Shown in pieces: positions 10,906 through 19,169 of a DNA stretch of 64,000 bases (positions are counted from its first letter, which is position 1; each line of letters begins with the position of its first letter). The position numbers and the translations under genes are program-made. The DNA comes from an uncultured Clostridia bacterium (GTDB lineage: Bacteria; Bacillota; Clostridia; TANB77; CAG-508), in contig CANQGP010000003.1 of assembly GCA_947623285.1 (NCBI GenBank), positions 853-64,852 on the forward strand. The letters are read 5' to 3'. The notes below the pieces were generated by a model. It did no database searches, was not told where the DNA came from, and saw only the letters and a list, made by a program, of their open reading frames with translations.

Positions 10906-11030
10906 AATAAGAACCTAACATACTAAGCAATCAAAAATTGCAGTGGAAACTCCGAAACCTTGTTGTCCATAACAATAAAATACAGCCTTAGAATATTGTT
11001 AAAATAAAAACATTCTAAGGCTGTAATAAT
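10906..11030 (+). repeat. structured intergenic element, copy B of 3
   Basis: AATAAGAACC..AGCAATCAAAAATTGC..GAAACCTTGTTGTccataACAATAAAATA, then a 13-bp terminator stem ACAGCCTTAGAAT/ATTCTAAGGCTGT. Sits between convergent genes. Confidence 0.6.
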
Positions 11031-11620
11031 CATTTATTTTTCTTAATTGAAACATTTTTTACATCTTTTTTCAAATCATCTTTATTTATAACCCCATATA
11101 TTGACAAATCATGTATATATAAAATAAGGGAAATAACCGTCATACATAAAGCTACGCAATAAAGTATTAAATCTAAATTATCCCAGAAAGGAGAAAAGCT
11201 AAAACTTTTTGTAAGTATAGAAACAGCAATTGCTAAGTAAAATAACACAGTTGCCAATTTTCCATACCATCTGCTGTAAACAACAACATCTTTACCATAA
11301 AGAAAAGATGCTCCGGCAACCATAGTACATTCTTTAATTGCAACTATTATGAGAATCCAAATAGGAATTATATGTAATATAACTAGTGCCGTTAAAATCG
11401 AAACAAGTGTTAACTTATCTGCTAGTGGGTCCATTAATTTACCAAAATTTGATATTAAATTATATTTTCTTGCTATACATCCATCAGCAACATCTGTAAA
11501 AGCTGAAAGGATTACAAAAATAAAAGCAAAAATATAATTTCCTGTAAAAAGTCCAATCAAAATTACTGGAATTAATATAAATCTAATAATTGTTAAAGTA
11601 TTTGGTACATATTTTAGCAT
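11030..11620 (-). CDS. pgsA: CDP-diacylglycerol--glycerol-3-phosphate 3-phosphatidyltransferase (CDP-alcohol phosphatidyltransferase family)
   Basis: DVADGCIARKYNLISNFGKLMDPLADK matches the D(x2)DG(x2)AR...G(x3)D(x3)D motif. Polytopic, 196 aa. Confidence 0.85.
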   Translation of the reverse strand: MLKYVPNTLTIIRFILIPVILIGLFTGNYIFAFIFVILSAFTDVADGCIARKYNLISNFGKLMDPLADKLTLVSILTALVILHIIPIWILIIVAIKECTMVAGASFLYGKDVVVYSRWYGKLATVLFYLAIAVSILTKSFSFSPFWDNLDLILYCVALCMTVISLILYIHDLSIYGVINKDDLKKDVKNVSIKKNK

Positions 11621-11631
11621 AAAAACCTCCG

Positions 11632-14001
11632 CTATTTTATTTTAAAACATAATTCATTTTGATTAAAATCAATAGAAATTGTTTGACCATCTATTATTTC
11701 ATTTCTTAATATCTTTTCAGAAATTTCGTCTTCGACATATCTTTGAATAGCTCTTCTTAAAGGTCTTGCTCCAAATTTCAAGTCAGTACCTTTAGAAAGA
11801 ATATATTTTTTAGCTTCATTCGTAATATCTAATTTCATATCTTTTTCAGATAAAGCTTTAACAGTATCTTGTAACATTAAATCAACAATTTCAAGTAACT
11901 GTTCCTCTGTTAAAGAATCAAAAATTACAATTTCATCAACCCTGTTTAAAAATTCAGGTCTAAAAGTTTCTTTTAAACTATCTTTTATTTTATCTTTATT
12001 TACAGTGCTTTTACCAAAGCCTATAGAATTAGTATTTAAATTGGAGCCAGCATTTGAAGTCATAATTATAATTGTATTAGAAAAACTAACTGTATTTCCT
12101 TGCGAATCTGTTAATTTTCCATCATCTAAAACTTGCAATAATATATTAAATACATCAGGGTGAGCTTTTTCTATCTCATCAAGAAGTATTATAGAATAAG
12201 GTTTTCTTTTTACCTTATCAGTTAGTTGCCCAGCATCATCATATCCAACATATCCAGGAGGGGCACCAATTAATTTAGAAGTTGAATGACTTTCCATATA
12301 TTCAGACATATCAATTCTTATTATTGAATCTTCAGAACCAAACATCTCGAAAGCCAAAGTTTTAGCTAATTCAGTTTTGCCAACACCTGTAGGACCTACA
12401 AAAATAAATGAAGGTGGACGTTTTGTTGATTGAAGACCAGCACGATTTCTTCTAATTGCTCTTGATACAGCACTAATAGCAGCATTTTGTCCGATTATCC
12501 TTTTATGCAAATTATTTTCTAGATTAAGTAACTTTTGAGTCTCAGCTTCTGTTATTTTTTTAACAGGTATTTTAGTCCAACTCTCGATAACATTTGCAAT
12601 ATCTTGAACTGTAAGACTTTTTAGTTTTAACTTTGAATTTAGTTTATCTATAGCCTCAGTTAATTGACATTCTTTCGTTTTTAAATCAGCAGCACGTTGG
12701 TAATCTTCAGTAGAATCAGCTGCAACAACTTCTTCTTTTTCTGCTTGAACAGCTTTTAATTTCTGTTTTAACATTTCTAACTCAAATAAATCTTTATTCT
12801 CTAAATTAATTTTAGAGCATGCTTCATCTAATATATCAATAGCCTTGTCTGGAAGAAAACGATCATGAATATATTTTTCAGACATAATAACAGTTTGCCT
12901 AATAACATCATTAGATATTTTTACTTTATGATATTCTTCATAATAACTTTTAATTCCAGATAAAATAGATATAGTATCTTCAATATTAGGTTCTTCTACA
13001 AGAACTTGTTGAAATCTTCTTTCTAAAGCAGAATCTTTTTCAATATACTTTCTATATTCTTTTAAAGTTGTAGTTCCAATTAATTGAATATCACCATTAG
13101 AAAGTGCAGGCTTTAAAATATTTGCAGCATTCATAGAGTGTTCACCATCACCAGCACCAATAATATTATGAATTTCATCTATTACAAGAATAATATTTCC
13201 ATAATTTATACATTCATCTATAATACCTTTCATCCTAGCCTCAAATTGACCTCTAAATTGAGTACCTGCTAGAACAGAAGTCATATCCAACAAATAAACC
13301 TCTTTGTTTAATAATTTTGCTGGTACATTTTGATTTGCAATACGAATAGCTAATCCTTGTGCAATAGCTGTTTTACCAACACCAGGTTCACCAATTAAAC
13401 AAGGATTATTTTTAGAACGTCTATTTAATATTTGAACAATGCGTCCAATTTCAGTTTCTCTACCAACAACATTATCCAATTGATTATTTTGTGCTTTTGC
13501 TGTTAAATTGGTTCCAAAAGTATCTAAGTACTTTTTCTTTTTATTTGTTTTTTTATTCTTTCTTTTTTCTACTTTAACTTTTTTGGTAGCTCCAGCAGAA
13601 CTAGTATTATTCGAATTGGAATTTCCTCCTCCAAAAAGGTTGGAAAAAATAGAACCAATTGGAATAGCTGCTCCTGATATTTGTGGACCATCAACATTAT
13701 CAATATCTGAGTTTTCATCAGACATTCCAAAGGTGATAGCTCCTTCCATATTTTGAATATCATCCATTGATAAATTTTCAGACAAATCTTTAAAAAGAGC
13801 TTCAAATTGTTTTGACATTCTATCCAAATTTTTATTATCTCTAGATAATATATCATATTGTTTAGAAAGAACCTCAGTAGGATTTATACCTTTTAATTTT
13901 GCACAGTCTCCACAATATCCTTCTAAAGTTGTTTTTCCATTTTTATCTATATTATTATAAAAAATAATTGCTGTGTTTTTCTTACATATTGAACATAACA
14001 T
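11632..14001 (-). CDS. clpE: ClpE-like Clp ATPase (two AAA+ modules, N-terminal zinc ribbon)
   Basis: MLCSICKK...CGDCA zinc ribbon. Walker A motifs GEPGVGKTA and GPTGVGKTE; UVR-like coiled coil between the modules. ATG at 14001 has GGAGAG 7 nt upstream; the track's start at 14016 is less likely. Confidence 0.85.
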   Translation of the reverse strand: MLCSICKKNTAIIFYNNIDKNGKTTLEGYCGDCAKLKGINPTEVLSKQYDILSRDNKNLDRMSKQFEALFKDLSENLSMDDIQNMEGAITFGMSDENSDIDNVDGPQISGAAIPIGSIFSNLFGGGNSNSNNTSSAGATKKVKVEKRKNKKTNKKKKYLDTFGTNLTAKAQNNQLDNVVGRETEIGRIVQILNRRSKNNPCLIGEPGVGKTAIAQGLAIRIANQNVPAKLLNKEVYLLDMTSVLAGTQFRGQFEARMKGIIDECINYGNIILVIDEIHNIIGAGDGEHSMNAANILKPALSNGDIQLIGTTTLKEYRKYIEKDSALERRFQQVLVEEPNIEDTISILSGIKSYYEEYHKVKISNDVIRQTVIMSEKYIHDRFLPDKAIDILDEACSKINLENKDLFELEMLKQKLKAVQAEKEEVVAADSTEDYQRAADLKTKECQLTEAIDKLNSKLKLKSLTVQDIANVIESWTKIPVKKITEAETQKLLNLENNLHKRIIGQNAAISAVSRAIRRNRAGLQSTKRPPSFIFVGPTGVGKTELAKTLAFEMFGSEDSIIRIDMSEYMESHSTSKLIGAPPGYVGYDDAGQLTDKVKRKPYSIILLDEIEKAHPDVFNILLQVLDDGKLTDSQGNTVSFSNTIIIMTSNAGSNLNTNSIGFGKSTVNKDKIKDSLKETFRPEFLNRVDEIVIFDSLTEEQLLEIVDLMLQDTVKALSEKDMKLDITNEAKKYILSKGTDLKFGARPLRRAIQRYVEDEISEKILRNEIIDGQTISIDFNQNELCFKIK

Positions 14002-14037
14002 ATATTGTCTCTCCATTTCTCAAAAATTCACATATAT

Positions 14038-14066
14038 ATAATACTTCAAAACTACGTAATAGTCAA
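14038..14066 (-). promoter_or_regulatory. putative promoter of the clpE-like gene
   Basis: Minus strand reads TTGACT-17 nt-TATTAT, ~37 nt upstream of the ATG. Confidence 0.45.
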
Positions 14067-14161
14067 GGTATATAAAGGTTAAAATAACAAAAAAGAAGTA
14101 TTGAAAAAAATTCCAATAGATGTTATAATTTAAATATAAAAAATAAAAAAGGTGAAATGAT

Positions 14162-15031
14162 ATGAATGTAACAATGCCAGAAAAAAATAAGTATACACTA
14201 AAAGAAAAAATGGTGTATGCAGTAGCAATCATAGTTTGCCTTCTAACCCTAATAAGTATAATATATGTTGAAATTTCAGCAGATACAAGTTTAGTCGATA
14301 TGTTAGATACATCTGAAGCAGAACAAACATCATTAGGGAACAAAACAGAAGAAGAATGTGAAGCACTAAAGACAGTAGTTAATAGTAAATTTAACAATAA
14401 TATTGAAAAAAATCTAGTTAGCTCTAATATAAAAAAGATAGACAAAAATAAAGACATTATATGCACAGCTCTAGATGCAAAAGAATCAAGTGCAGGAAAC
14501 TATGAAGTAAATGTTGTAATACCTATAATTAACATAGATAGTGAAATAATAAAAAACTACAATAGCGAAATAGAAAAAGTCTTCAAAAATAAATTAGAAG
14601 ACATATTAGAAACAAAAAATAAAAATATAGTTTATAGTGTAGAATATGTAGCAAGTATAAATAATGATATGTTATCACTTATGATACGTTCAAATTTAAA
14701 AGAAGGTTCAAGTGCTCAAAGGACAATAATTCAAACATATAATTATGATATAAAAAACAATAAAGAACTAACATTATCAGAAGTTTTAAAACGAAACAAT
14801 TTAAACGAAAATGATATAACCCAAAAAATAAAAGAAGAAATAAAAAAATCTCAACAAAAAGTTGAAGATCTTAGAGAATTAGGTTATTCAATATATAGTA
14901 GAAATCCAGAGGATAAGAAATATGAAATAAAAAATTCAAAACAATTCTATTGCACAAGCAATACAATATATATACTATATGCATATGGTAATGAAGACTA
15001 TACGAGTGAAGTTGATATTGTAGTAATTTAA
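14162..15031 (+). CDS. membrane-anchored hypothetical protein
   Basis: 289 aa with one N-terminal TM helix. TTGAAA-17-TATAAT promoter at ~14101..14129 and GGTGAAA RBS. No family confidently recognised. Confidence 0.6.
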   Translation: MNVTMPEKNKYTLKEKMVYAVAIIVCLLTLISIIYVEISADTSLVDMLDTSEAEQTSLGNKTEEECEALKTVVNSKFNNNIEKNLVSSNIKKIDKNKDIICTALDAKESSAGNYEVNVVIPIINIDSEIIKNYNSEIEKVFKNKLEDILETKNKNIVYSVEYVASINNDMLSLMIRSNLKEGSSAQRTIIQTYNYDIKNNKELTLSEVLKRNNLNENDITQKIKEEIKKSQQKVEDLRELGYSIYSRNPEDKKYEIKNSKQFYCTSNTIYILYAYGNEDYTSEVDIVVI

Positions 15032-15157
15032 AATATATAAATAAAAAAATATGGGCATCGAAGCTTTTTGGTTTCAATGTCCATATTTAGTTTCACAACT
15101 ATTGTATTTCATAAAGCAAAAACCGCTATAAGCTAATACTTATAGCGGTTCTTGTTT

Positions 15158-15178
15158 TCTTTGAAAATAAAAGGGGAT
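15158..15178 (+). repeat. attL core (TCTTTGAAAATAAAAGGGGAT)
   Basis: Identical 21-mer at 51654..51674. Both copies are preceded by a terminator hairpin. Confidence 0.8.
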
Positions 15179-15230
15179 ATTTGTTAAGTATAGCAAGAAT
15201 GGCTATAAATCAGTATTTGCACTCCTTTAA

Positions 15231-15251
15231 TGTTAACAACGTGTTAATAAC
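15231..15251 (+). promoter_or_regulatory. 21-bp repeat TGTTAACAACGTGTTAATAAC (candidate arm-type Int/Xis site), left copy
   Basis: Identical copy at 51518..51538. Contains the palindrome TTAACA-acg-TGTTAA. Lies 53 bp inside attL. Confidence 0.5.
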
Positions 15252-15259
15252 TAATTAAT

Positions 15260-16439
15260 TTAAGATACATTTAGATAAGTTATTTTACTATTCTTTTTAG
15301 ATCTATAATCTACCATTTCTATAGTTTCAATTAATTCTTCAATGCTTTTTTTAGTATAAACATCTAGTCCAGTATCTCCAGATTTATGGCCTAGAATTTT
15401 GTCAATACATACTTTGTTTGCTCCAACTCTATCTAATTCAGAACGTAATGTTTTACGTCCATCGTGCGACGTATGATAATTTAAGTTAAGTTTTTTTAAA
15501 AAATTTTTAAAATTATAATAAAAGGCACCATATTTCATTTTATTTCCGTTTTTTATCTACAAGTAAAAATTCATTGCTGCTGTTATAATAATTAGCTATA
15601 ATAGGTATTATTTCAGAATGAATAGGTATAATTCTATTTTTGCTTGCTTCGGTTTTAATTCCTCCAGTCAAGTATTTTTCTTTTAGATGTATATTTTTGT
15701 TTTTTATGAAAAATATTTCTTCGATTCTCATTCCAGTATATAAAGTCATTAAAATAATATCAGCAACCAATTTACCTTTACATTTCCATATTTTTTGAAT
15801 TTCTTTATATGTATAAGGAATATTTTTCTTTTTCTTGTTAGTATATAAATTAGAACTTAATTTAAGATTATGAGCATAACCTTTCACTATAATGTCACTT
15901 TCTTCTGCGTAAATATCTAATTTTTTAAATAAATCTATAAGTCCGGATATAGTGCTACTACCGCCATTTGTATTTAATATGATTTCCAAAAAATCATCTT
16001 TCTTCAATGATTTATATAATTTATCGTAAAGTTTTTCGCATTTATTATATGCAGTTTTCAAAATTAAAGCTGACGAACGACCTAGTTTCCCTTTTGCTTT
16101 TATGTGTTCTTTTTTTTCTAGTTCCATTTCTTCTTTAGTGGGAAAATATTTTTCATTATATTCTTCATACACTTGCCTAAAAGTATATTCAGATTTGTCA
16201 ATATCAATATTACCTTTTTGTATATTGTATTTTGCAAGTAATAAATCAGGAATATCTCTGTCTGGAAAATATTTTCGTCCTTTATCATCTGATAATATTT
16301 TAGGTGGCAATGCTTTTCCAGTTTCTTTATCGTATTCAATCGGTGCTCTTGCAAACCATGGATTTCTGCGGTTGCCATTTAGTTTTACAACGCAACCAGT
16401 TCCGTTTGCTCTTTTCATTAAAAAACCTCCAAATTTCAA
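15260..16439 (-). pseudogene. int: tyrosine recombinase (phage integrase) split by a +1 frameshift in an A6 run
   Basis: N-part (15540..16439) carries the catalytic-Arg region TLYTGMRIEE. C-part (15260..15538) carries HDGRKT...LGH...Y. Removing one A from the run at 15549..15554 gives a continuous LLVDKNGNKMKYGAFYYNF. Length is 3n+1. Confidence 0.85.
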
Positions 16440-16448
16440 ATATTACAC

Positions 16449-16477
16449 TTGAAAAATGAAGGGAAATACGATATAAT
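16449..16477 (+). promoter_or_regulatory. near-consensus promoter TTGAAA-17-TATAAT
   Basis: -35 at 16449..16454, -10 at 16472..16477. No ORF with an RBS downstream. Confidence 0.55.
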
Positions 16478-16483
16478 TATATT

Positions 16484-16556
16484 AATCACTTTTCAAGTGG
16501 TTGTTTTGGATAATGTGTGTTCTCTGCAAAAAGTTTACACATTATCCGCTTTTTTA
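16484..16556 (+). ncRNA. candidate ~75-nt sRNA antisense to the integrase upstream/leader region
   Basis: Runs from the promoter at 16449..16477 to an 11-bp hairpin GGATAATGTGT/ACACATTATCC (16508..16547) followed by GCTTTTTTATTT. Confidence 0.4.
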
Positions 16557-16570
16557 TTTACAAATATTTT

Positions 16571-16607
16571 TTAAAATTAAAAAGATAGCTACGTTCAAGC
16601 TATCTTT
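16571..16607 (-). terminator. intrinsic terminator/attenuator directly downstream of the minus-strand promoter
   Basis: Minus strand: AAAGATAGCT tgaacgt AGCTATCTTT followed by TTAATTTT. Confidence 0.5.
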
Positions 16608-16620
16608 AGTATTATGTTCG

Positions 16621-16649
16621 ATTATAATACACATTTAATATATTGTCAA
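16621..16649 (-). promoter_or_regulatory. perfect consensus promoter TTGACA-17-TATAAT pointing toward int
   Basis: Reverse complement of 16621..16650 reads gTTGACAatatattaaatgtgtatTATAAT. Confidence 0.6.
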
Positions 16650-16670
16650 CATAATATTTAAAATTTACTA

Positions 16671-16699
16671 TTGACAGGTTTTTGAATGATATATATAAT
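16671..16699 (+). promoter_or_regulatory. perfect consensus promoter TTGACA-17-TATAAT for the small membrane-peptide mRNA
   Basis: -35 at 16671..16676, -10 at 16694..16699. Back-to-back with the minus-strand promoter. Confidence 0.65.
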
Positions 16700-16842
16700 A
16701 TTAGAAATGTTGTTTACTTCCTTCAAGGTTGGATGCACAGATTAGTAGTTGATTGCTACATCTTGCACTTCAACTATTAGTCCGTGCATCTAACTTTCGC
16801 AAGATGGTTGATGTACAATACGAAAGAAGGGGGGTTATTCCA

Positions 16843-16998
16843 ATGGATACTTTCCTAGGAATAGGATTTGTTGTACTTAGTGTAGCGGTACTAATAGGAA
16901 TATGCGGTATTGTAGGATACGGTATTCACATACATAAAAAAGATGTTGACATCAGTCCCGCACAGACTAACGTCAACAAACTAAACAACGATGAGTAA
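16843..16998 (+). CDS. 51-aa single-TM peptide, candidate type I toxin
   Basis: MDTFLGIGFVVLSVAVLIGICGIVGYGIHIHKKDVDISPAQTNVNKLNNDE. SD GAAGGGGGG lies 8 nt upstream. Long structured leader and a convergent antisense promoter. Confidence 0.6.
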   Translation: MDTFLGIGFVVLSVAVLIGICGIVGYGIHIHKKDVDISPAQTNVNKLNNDE

Positions 16999-17026
16999 GG
17001 CGAAAGCCTTGCTCTTTTTTATATCT
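16933..17026 (-). ncRNA. candidate ~90-nt antisense RNA (antitoxin-like) overlapping the 3' end of the peptide ORF
   Basis: Runs from the promoter at 17033..17061 to a 13-bp hairpin (16945..16977) plus ATCTTTTTTATG. Its two non-Watson-Crick pairs are G.U only in the minus-strand transcript. Confidence 0.45.
16993..17020 (+). terminator. terminator of the small-peptide mRNA
   Basis: GAGTAAGGC-GAAA-GCCTTGCTC: 9 bp with one G.U pair and a GAAA tetraloop, followed by T6. Confidence 0.7.
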
Positions 17027-17032
17027 ATTAAA

Positions 17033-17061
17033 ATTATAACATATTTATTACAATTTTTCAA
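17033..17061 (-). promoter_or_regulatory. near-consensus promoter TTGAAA-17-TATAAT (minus strand)
   Basis: -35 is the reverse complement of 17056..17061; -10 is the reverse complement of 17033..17038. Confidence 0.55.
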
Positions 17062-17068
17062 TAGTTTT

Positions 17069-17314
17069 TCAAACATTCCAACTATGTCCGCAATTTTGAC
17101 ATACTGCTACAGTCTTATTGTTATATGAAGTTTTTTCATTTCCTTTTGACTTTTTCCAAACTAAATTAGACATTCCTAAAGTACACAAAGCAGTCAATCC
17201 TCTAGCAGTATTATTTAGATGTCCACCTATGCCATTCCCATGTTTTTTTGTTTTTCCTCCTGATTGAACTATTTGAGTATTAACATCTGTACTATTACAT
17301 TTAGGGCATACCAT
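17069..17314 (-). CDS. split zinc-ribbon protein (CPKC...CQNCGH), hypothetical lysogeny-module cargo
   Basis: Start MVCPKCNS has AGGAG 8 nt upstream; the track's upstream ATG at 17332 overlaps the RBS. CxxC pairs at both ends. Confidence 0.6.
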   Translation of the reverse strand: MVCPKCNSTDVNTQIVQSGGKTKKHGNGIGGHLNNTARGLTALCTLGMSNLVWKKSKGNEKTSYNNKTVAVCQNCGHSWNV

Positions 17315-17348
17315 TTCTATCACTCCTTCCATTGTTATATTGAAATTA

Positions 17349-17828
17349 TTAACTCAATTTATTTAATTTTTTATAAAGTCTAGCTGCACGTCCAGGCATT
17401 TGTCCTGTTGTACCGTCTTTAATAAAGCCAATATCTATAGCTTTTTGACAAATTTCTAGTGCTTTGTCATACTCTTTTCTTTTTTCATAGATAATTGCCA
17501 ACCTTTTAAAACTAGGGTACGTAGGCACTTGAGTTTCAATAGGTTCTTTATAATATTCTGCACGTTCTTTACAATAATTGTAAAATTCTCGAGCTATACC
17601 AATATCAGTTAAACAGTCTTTTATAACTCCGTCCATCTGTGGACTAAATTCATCTCCCATATTTATTACTACCCTATAGTCCATTTCGATTTTTTCTAAA
17701 AGTTTATAATGTAATCGTACGACTTTATTGTACTTTTTTTCTATTTCATCTAGTTTTGTAGTAGGGATATCATCAAAAAAAGAACTGTTTGTTTTTGACT
17801 TGCCAAATATACTTTTAAAAAATCCCAT
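17349..17828 (-). CDS. hypothetical protein with TPR-like C-terminal helices, lysogeny-module cargo
   Basis: 159 aa. FKRLAIIYEKRKEYDKALEICQKAIDIGF resembles a TPR hairpin. Co-oriented with the repressor. Confidence 0.6.
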   Translation of the reverse strand: MGFFKSIFGKSKTNSSFFDDIPTTKLDEIEKKYNKVVRLHYKLLEKIEMDYRVVINMGDEFSPQMDGVIKDCLTDIGIAREFYNYCKERAEYYKEPIETQVPTYPSFKRLAIIYEKRKEYDKALEICQKAIDIGFIKDGTTGQMPGRAARLYKKLNKLS

Positions 17829-17867
17829 ATTAGTACTCCTTATTAAAATCTATATATACTATATTTC

Positions 17868-18230
17868 CTATGCGTTTTGTGATTTGTCCCTTTTTTGCGT
17901 ATATTCAGGTATTTTAGTTAAATCTTCAACATTGTTAATTGCTTTTTCTTTTCCTAAGTTATTAAGTTGGTTATAATATGAAAGTATTTCAGAATTATTT
18001 GAAGCTTTTTGTAATTCTTTTTCAGCATTACGAATATTAGACTTTCCTAACAAGTAGTCTGTTGACACTTCAAAAAAATTAGCAAATCTCAAAGTTAATT
18101 CGTTGTTTGGTTCTCTTGAACCTCTTTCGTACATACCTATTGCACTTGCAGAAACAGATAGTCTATTTGCCAATTCTTCTTGTTTTAAATTCAATTCTTC
18201 TCTTAATGATTTTAGTCTATTACCTAACAT
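17868..18230 (-). CDS. XRE-family (cI-like) prophage repressor
   Basis: HTH_3 motif LKQEELANRLSVSASAIGMYERGSREP. Divergent from a cro-like gene across an operator-rich region. Confidence 0.85.
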   Translation of the reverse strand: MLGNRLKSLREELNLKQEELANRLSVSASAIGMYERGSREPNNELTLRFANFFEVSTDYLLGKSNIRNAEKELQKASNNSEILSYYNQLNNLGKEKAINNVEDLTKIPEYTQKRDKSQNA

Positions 18231-18258
18231 ATAAACCCCCTTAATTAAGCAGAATTAT

Positions 18259-18376
18259 AACACACAAAAAGTGAAAAGTAAACATAAAACACAGAACGTG
18301 GTAAAAAATAAAAAATTTTTTAAAAAAAGTATTGACAAAACACAAAATGTGTTATAATATTAAAACACAAAATGTG
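18259..18376. promoter_or_regulatory. immunity-region operators and early promoter
   Basis: AACAC(A/G)nAAnGTG sites at 18259..18273, 18287..18300, 18337..18352 and 18362..18376. The third lies between TTGACA (18332) and TATAAT (18353). Confidence 0.6.
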
Positions 18377-18398
18377 AGAAGAAAGGAGAAAAGCAAAA

Positions 18399-18590
18399 GT
18401 GGAAGAATTGAAAGAATTTAGAATGTCATTAAAATTAACACTTCAAGAATTTGCTGAAAGTATTGATGTATCAAAGTCTTTATATGAAAAAGTTGAAAAT
18501 GGAGCCAGAAAGCCAAGTAGAGAATTTACAACAAAATTAAAGCAAAAGTATCCTGAATTTGATGTCAATATTTTTTTTAGCAAACAATAA
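18399..18590 (+). CDS. Cro/XRE-like HTH regulator
   Basis: 63 aa. LTLQEFAESIDVSKSLYEKVENGARKP HTH. GTG start after AAAGGAG. Confidence 0.75.
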   Translation: MEELKEFRMSLKLTLQEFAESIDVSKSLYEKVENGARKPSREFTTKLKQKYPEFDVNIFFSKQ

Positions 18591-18629
18591 CACGAAACGT
18601 GTTATAAACAAACGAAAGGAGATGAGAAT

Positions 18630-18806
18630 ATGGAAAATCTTAAAGAACTTGAAGAAATAGCAAGACAGTTAAGAAACAAAAAAGCTAGACAATGGCGAGC
18701 TAACAACAAAGACAAAGTAAGGGAAACTAACAAAAGATACTGGTTAAAAAAAGCAAAAGAAGAATTAGAAAGAAGAAAAAAATGCAGAGAACACACGAAA
18801 ATCTAA
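18630..18806 (+). CDS. small basic phage protein (58 aa), hypothetical
   Basis: MENLKELEEIARQLRNKKARQWRANNKDK...; AAAGGAG RBS. Below the ORF-track length cutoff. Confidence 0.5.
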   Translation: MENLKELEEIARQLRNKKARQWRANNKDKVRETNKRYWLKKAKEELERRKKCREHTKI

Positions 18807-18826
18807 AGTGAAAGGAAGTTGAAAAA

Positions 18827-19021
18827 ATGGCACATAAATTAACAATATCTGTAGAAGATGCAGCAAAAATAATTGAAAAAAATCCTCAATATATACGTTA
18901 TGGCTTGAGGCAAAATAGATTACCTTTTGGGAGTGCAGTACAAAAACCAAATGGAAGGTGGAGTTACAACATTATAAGAAGTAAGTTTTTAGAATATGCA
19001 GGATTAGAGGAAGGAGGATAA
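18827..19021 (+). CDS. small DNA-binding protein (excisionase/HTH_17-like)
   Basis: 64 aa. ISVEDAAKIIEKNPQYIRYGLRQNRLPFG resembles Xis/MerR-type winged HTH. Sits in early-operon position. Confidence 0.45.
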   Translation: MAHKLTISVEDAAKIIEKNPQYIRYGLRQNRLPFGSAVQKPNGRWSYNIIRSKFLEYAGLEEGG

Positions 19022-19169
19022 ACAAATGAAAAGAAAAATCGATTCAAATAAAGTATGGGCATTTATAGGAAAAATATCAGTAGTAGTATTAATGCAAATA
19101 GCATTTGCACAGTTAAGTTTATTAATTTTAAATAACTGTATAACAGTTTATAAGTAGGAGGGAAAAGAA

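Noticed and set aside
14061-14084. AGTCAAGgtatataaAGGTTAAAA upstream of the clpE-like gene, as a possible CtsR operator.
   Set aside because: It is only a loose match to the tandem (A/G)GTCAAA heptad consensus, with wrong spacing and several mismatches. It does overlap the putative -35, so it is not excluded, but it is not supportable.
16753-16842. The track's TTG-initiated N-terminal extension (MLHLALQLLVRASNFRKMVDVQYERRGVIP) of the small membrane peptide.
   Set aside because: This region forms the structured leader and has no SD. The internal ATG at 16843 has a strong GAAGGGGGG SD at ideal spacing.
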